From a virus, in IMG/VR virus record IMGVR_UViG_3300025154_000006, positions 19,469 through 83,468 of that record: a DNA stretch of 64,000 bases. The stretch is one strand, 5' to 3'. The notes below the pieces were generated by a model that worked only from the letters and a program-made list of their open reading frames with translations, searched no databases and was not told where the DNA came from. How positions within the stretch are numbered: position 1 is the stretch's first letter; every line of letters starts with the position of its first letter. Below, piece by piece: positions 62,898 through 64,000 of the stretch. A program made the position numbers and the translations under genes.

Positions 62898-63887
62898 ATG
62901 AGTGACAATATTTACGGCCAAAATATTTATAGTCATAAGGAAGAAATGTGGCACAAGAAGGGGACTGTTGGACAAGACGACGAACGCGCGGAAGAAGTTT
63001 ATGGTCGCATGACTCCAGTTATCTTTGAACAACGTCCGTTTTCAATTACCCTGGGTGGACAAAGTGTTGAAAGTGGCGATCTTGGTATTGTTCGTACTTC
63101 TGATACCGAAGTCCTGGTTGGTATCACTAAGGGTCGTTACAATCTTACTCAACCATTAACCTATTGCCAGATGTTTGATGCTAACGTTCAACAACCCGTA
63201 GAAACACTTGGGTTTTTGGGGACTAAAGCAGACAAGATGTTTTTGACTTGGAAATTGCCAAAGATTGATGTTCATGGTGATAAAGTTGAAAACTTTGGCT
63301 TCATCGCCACAGGTTTTGATGGGCGATTTGGTGAACATCTGTTTGTTACCCATGTTCGGGTAGTTTGTAATAATACCTGGAATGCGGCAATTGGTGACGG
63401 CAAGTCTGCTTTGTATAACGGAAAGCATAGCGATACCAACCATGAGCGCAACTTGGCTTTATGGATGGAGTTTGTTCAACGTGATGCCGAAGAACACGTA
63501 ATGATTTATCAGAAGTTGTTCCGCAAACTTGAAGAAGTTTCTGTTTCAAAAGATAACGCTCGCACTATCTTCGAGAATGTTTATCCCTATACTGGCGATG
63601 GAATGACTTATGGCCCACAGGTGCTTATTGACGAGGGCGCCAAGCGCGACCAAGAATTCAATATGAAGCAGGGAGAAAGTCGCAACTTGGCCATGGAATT
63701 ATTCTGTGGTAAAGGAACTGAGATTAACACTACTGCTTGGGGTGTTTTCAATGCCGTTACCGAAGCAGAAAATCACTGCAAGAAATCTAAGAAAGATACG
63801 ACTGCCAGCATTTTACTAGGCAGCAGGGCAGCAATCATGGATCGGGCAATGGCGGTAGTCTTAGACTTCGCAGATCATCGAGACTAA
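62898..63887 (+). CDS. DUF932/DUF945-family phage protein
   Basis: WH.KG, RVVCNNT, TAWGVFNAVTE..NH. Confidence 0.85.
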   Translation: MSDNIYGQNIYSHKEEMWHKKGTVGQDDERAEEVYGRMTPVIFEQRPFSITLGGQSVESGDLGIVRTSDTEVLVGITKGRYNLTQPLTYCQMFDANVQQPVETLGFLGTKADKMFLTWKLPKIDVHGDKVENFGFIATGFDGRFGEHLFVTHVRVVCNNTWNAAIGDGKSALYNGKHSDTNHERNLALWMEFVQRDAEEHVMIYQKLFRKLEEVSVSKDNARTIFENVYPYTGDGMTYGPQVLIDEGAKRDQEFNMKQGESRNLAMELFCGKGTEINTTAWGVFNAVTEAENHCKKSKKDTTASILLGSRAAIMDRAMAVVLDFADHRD

Positions 63888-64000
63888 AATGAAAAGTTAT
63901 TCTAAGAAATGGTTATCTTTACTTTATGAACTTGGTAAAGAAATTCGTAAACGTGGAGTAGAAAGACATAAAAACCATGGTTCATATTGGCGCCTAGTTC

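Noticed and set aside
1-64000. Host assignment
   Set aside because: A GH25/SH3b endolysin and sigma70-type promoters hint at a peptidoglycan-bearing, possibly monoderm host, but the sequence alone does not support naming a taxon.

Overview
The window is about 64 kb of a tailed (siphovirus-like) phage genome; no host chromosomal genes, rRNA, tRNA or CRISPR array were recognised. Positions ~1.56-40.9 kb are a minus-strand late block: accessory and glycosylation genes, terminase, portal, scaffold, capsid, neck, tail tube, chaperones, a 2881-aa tape measure, tail tip and fibres, lysis genes and an exonuclease. Positions ~41.2-64 kb (and 1-1.56 kb) are plus-strand early/middle genes. Five things stand out. 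(1) The tape measure protein carries, in the expected order, motifs of a two-barrel RNA polymerase (HGWKG; SxR..PFL; RDP; DKDYD), suggesting a tape-fused virion RNAP, and a GC-rich early block has repeated hairpins that could be its promoters. (2) An integron-like array of eight gene cassettes with attC-like sites and an upstream promoter lies at 50.2-53.5 kb, with no integrase in view. (3) A 15-bp palindrome GTTCGCAnTGCGAAC occurs at least 21 times, in both genes and intergenic DNA. (4) A group I intron splits the major capsid gene and carries a LAGLIDADG endonuclease on the opposite strand. (5) A radical SAM/SPASM enzyme is followed by three proteins sharing an N-terminal SF(V/I)TNSSSSSF motif. 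All calls are by-eye motif and synteny readings without database searches.
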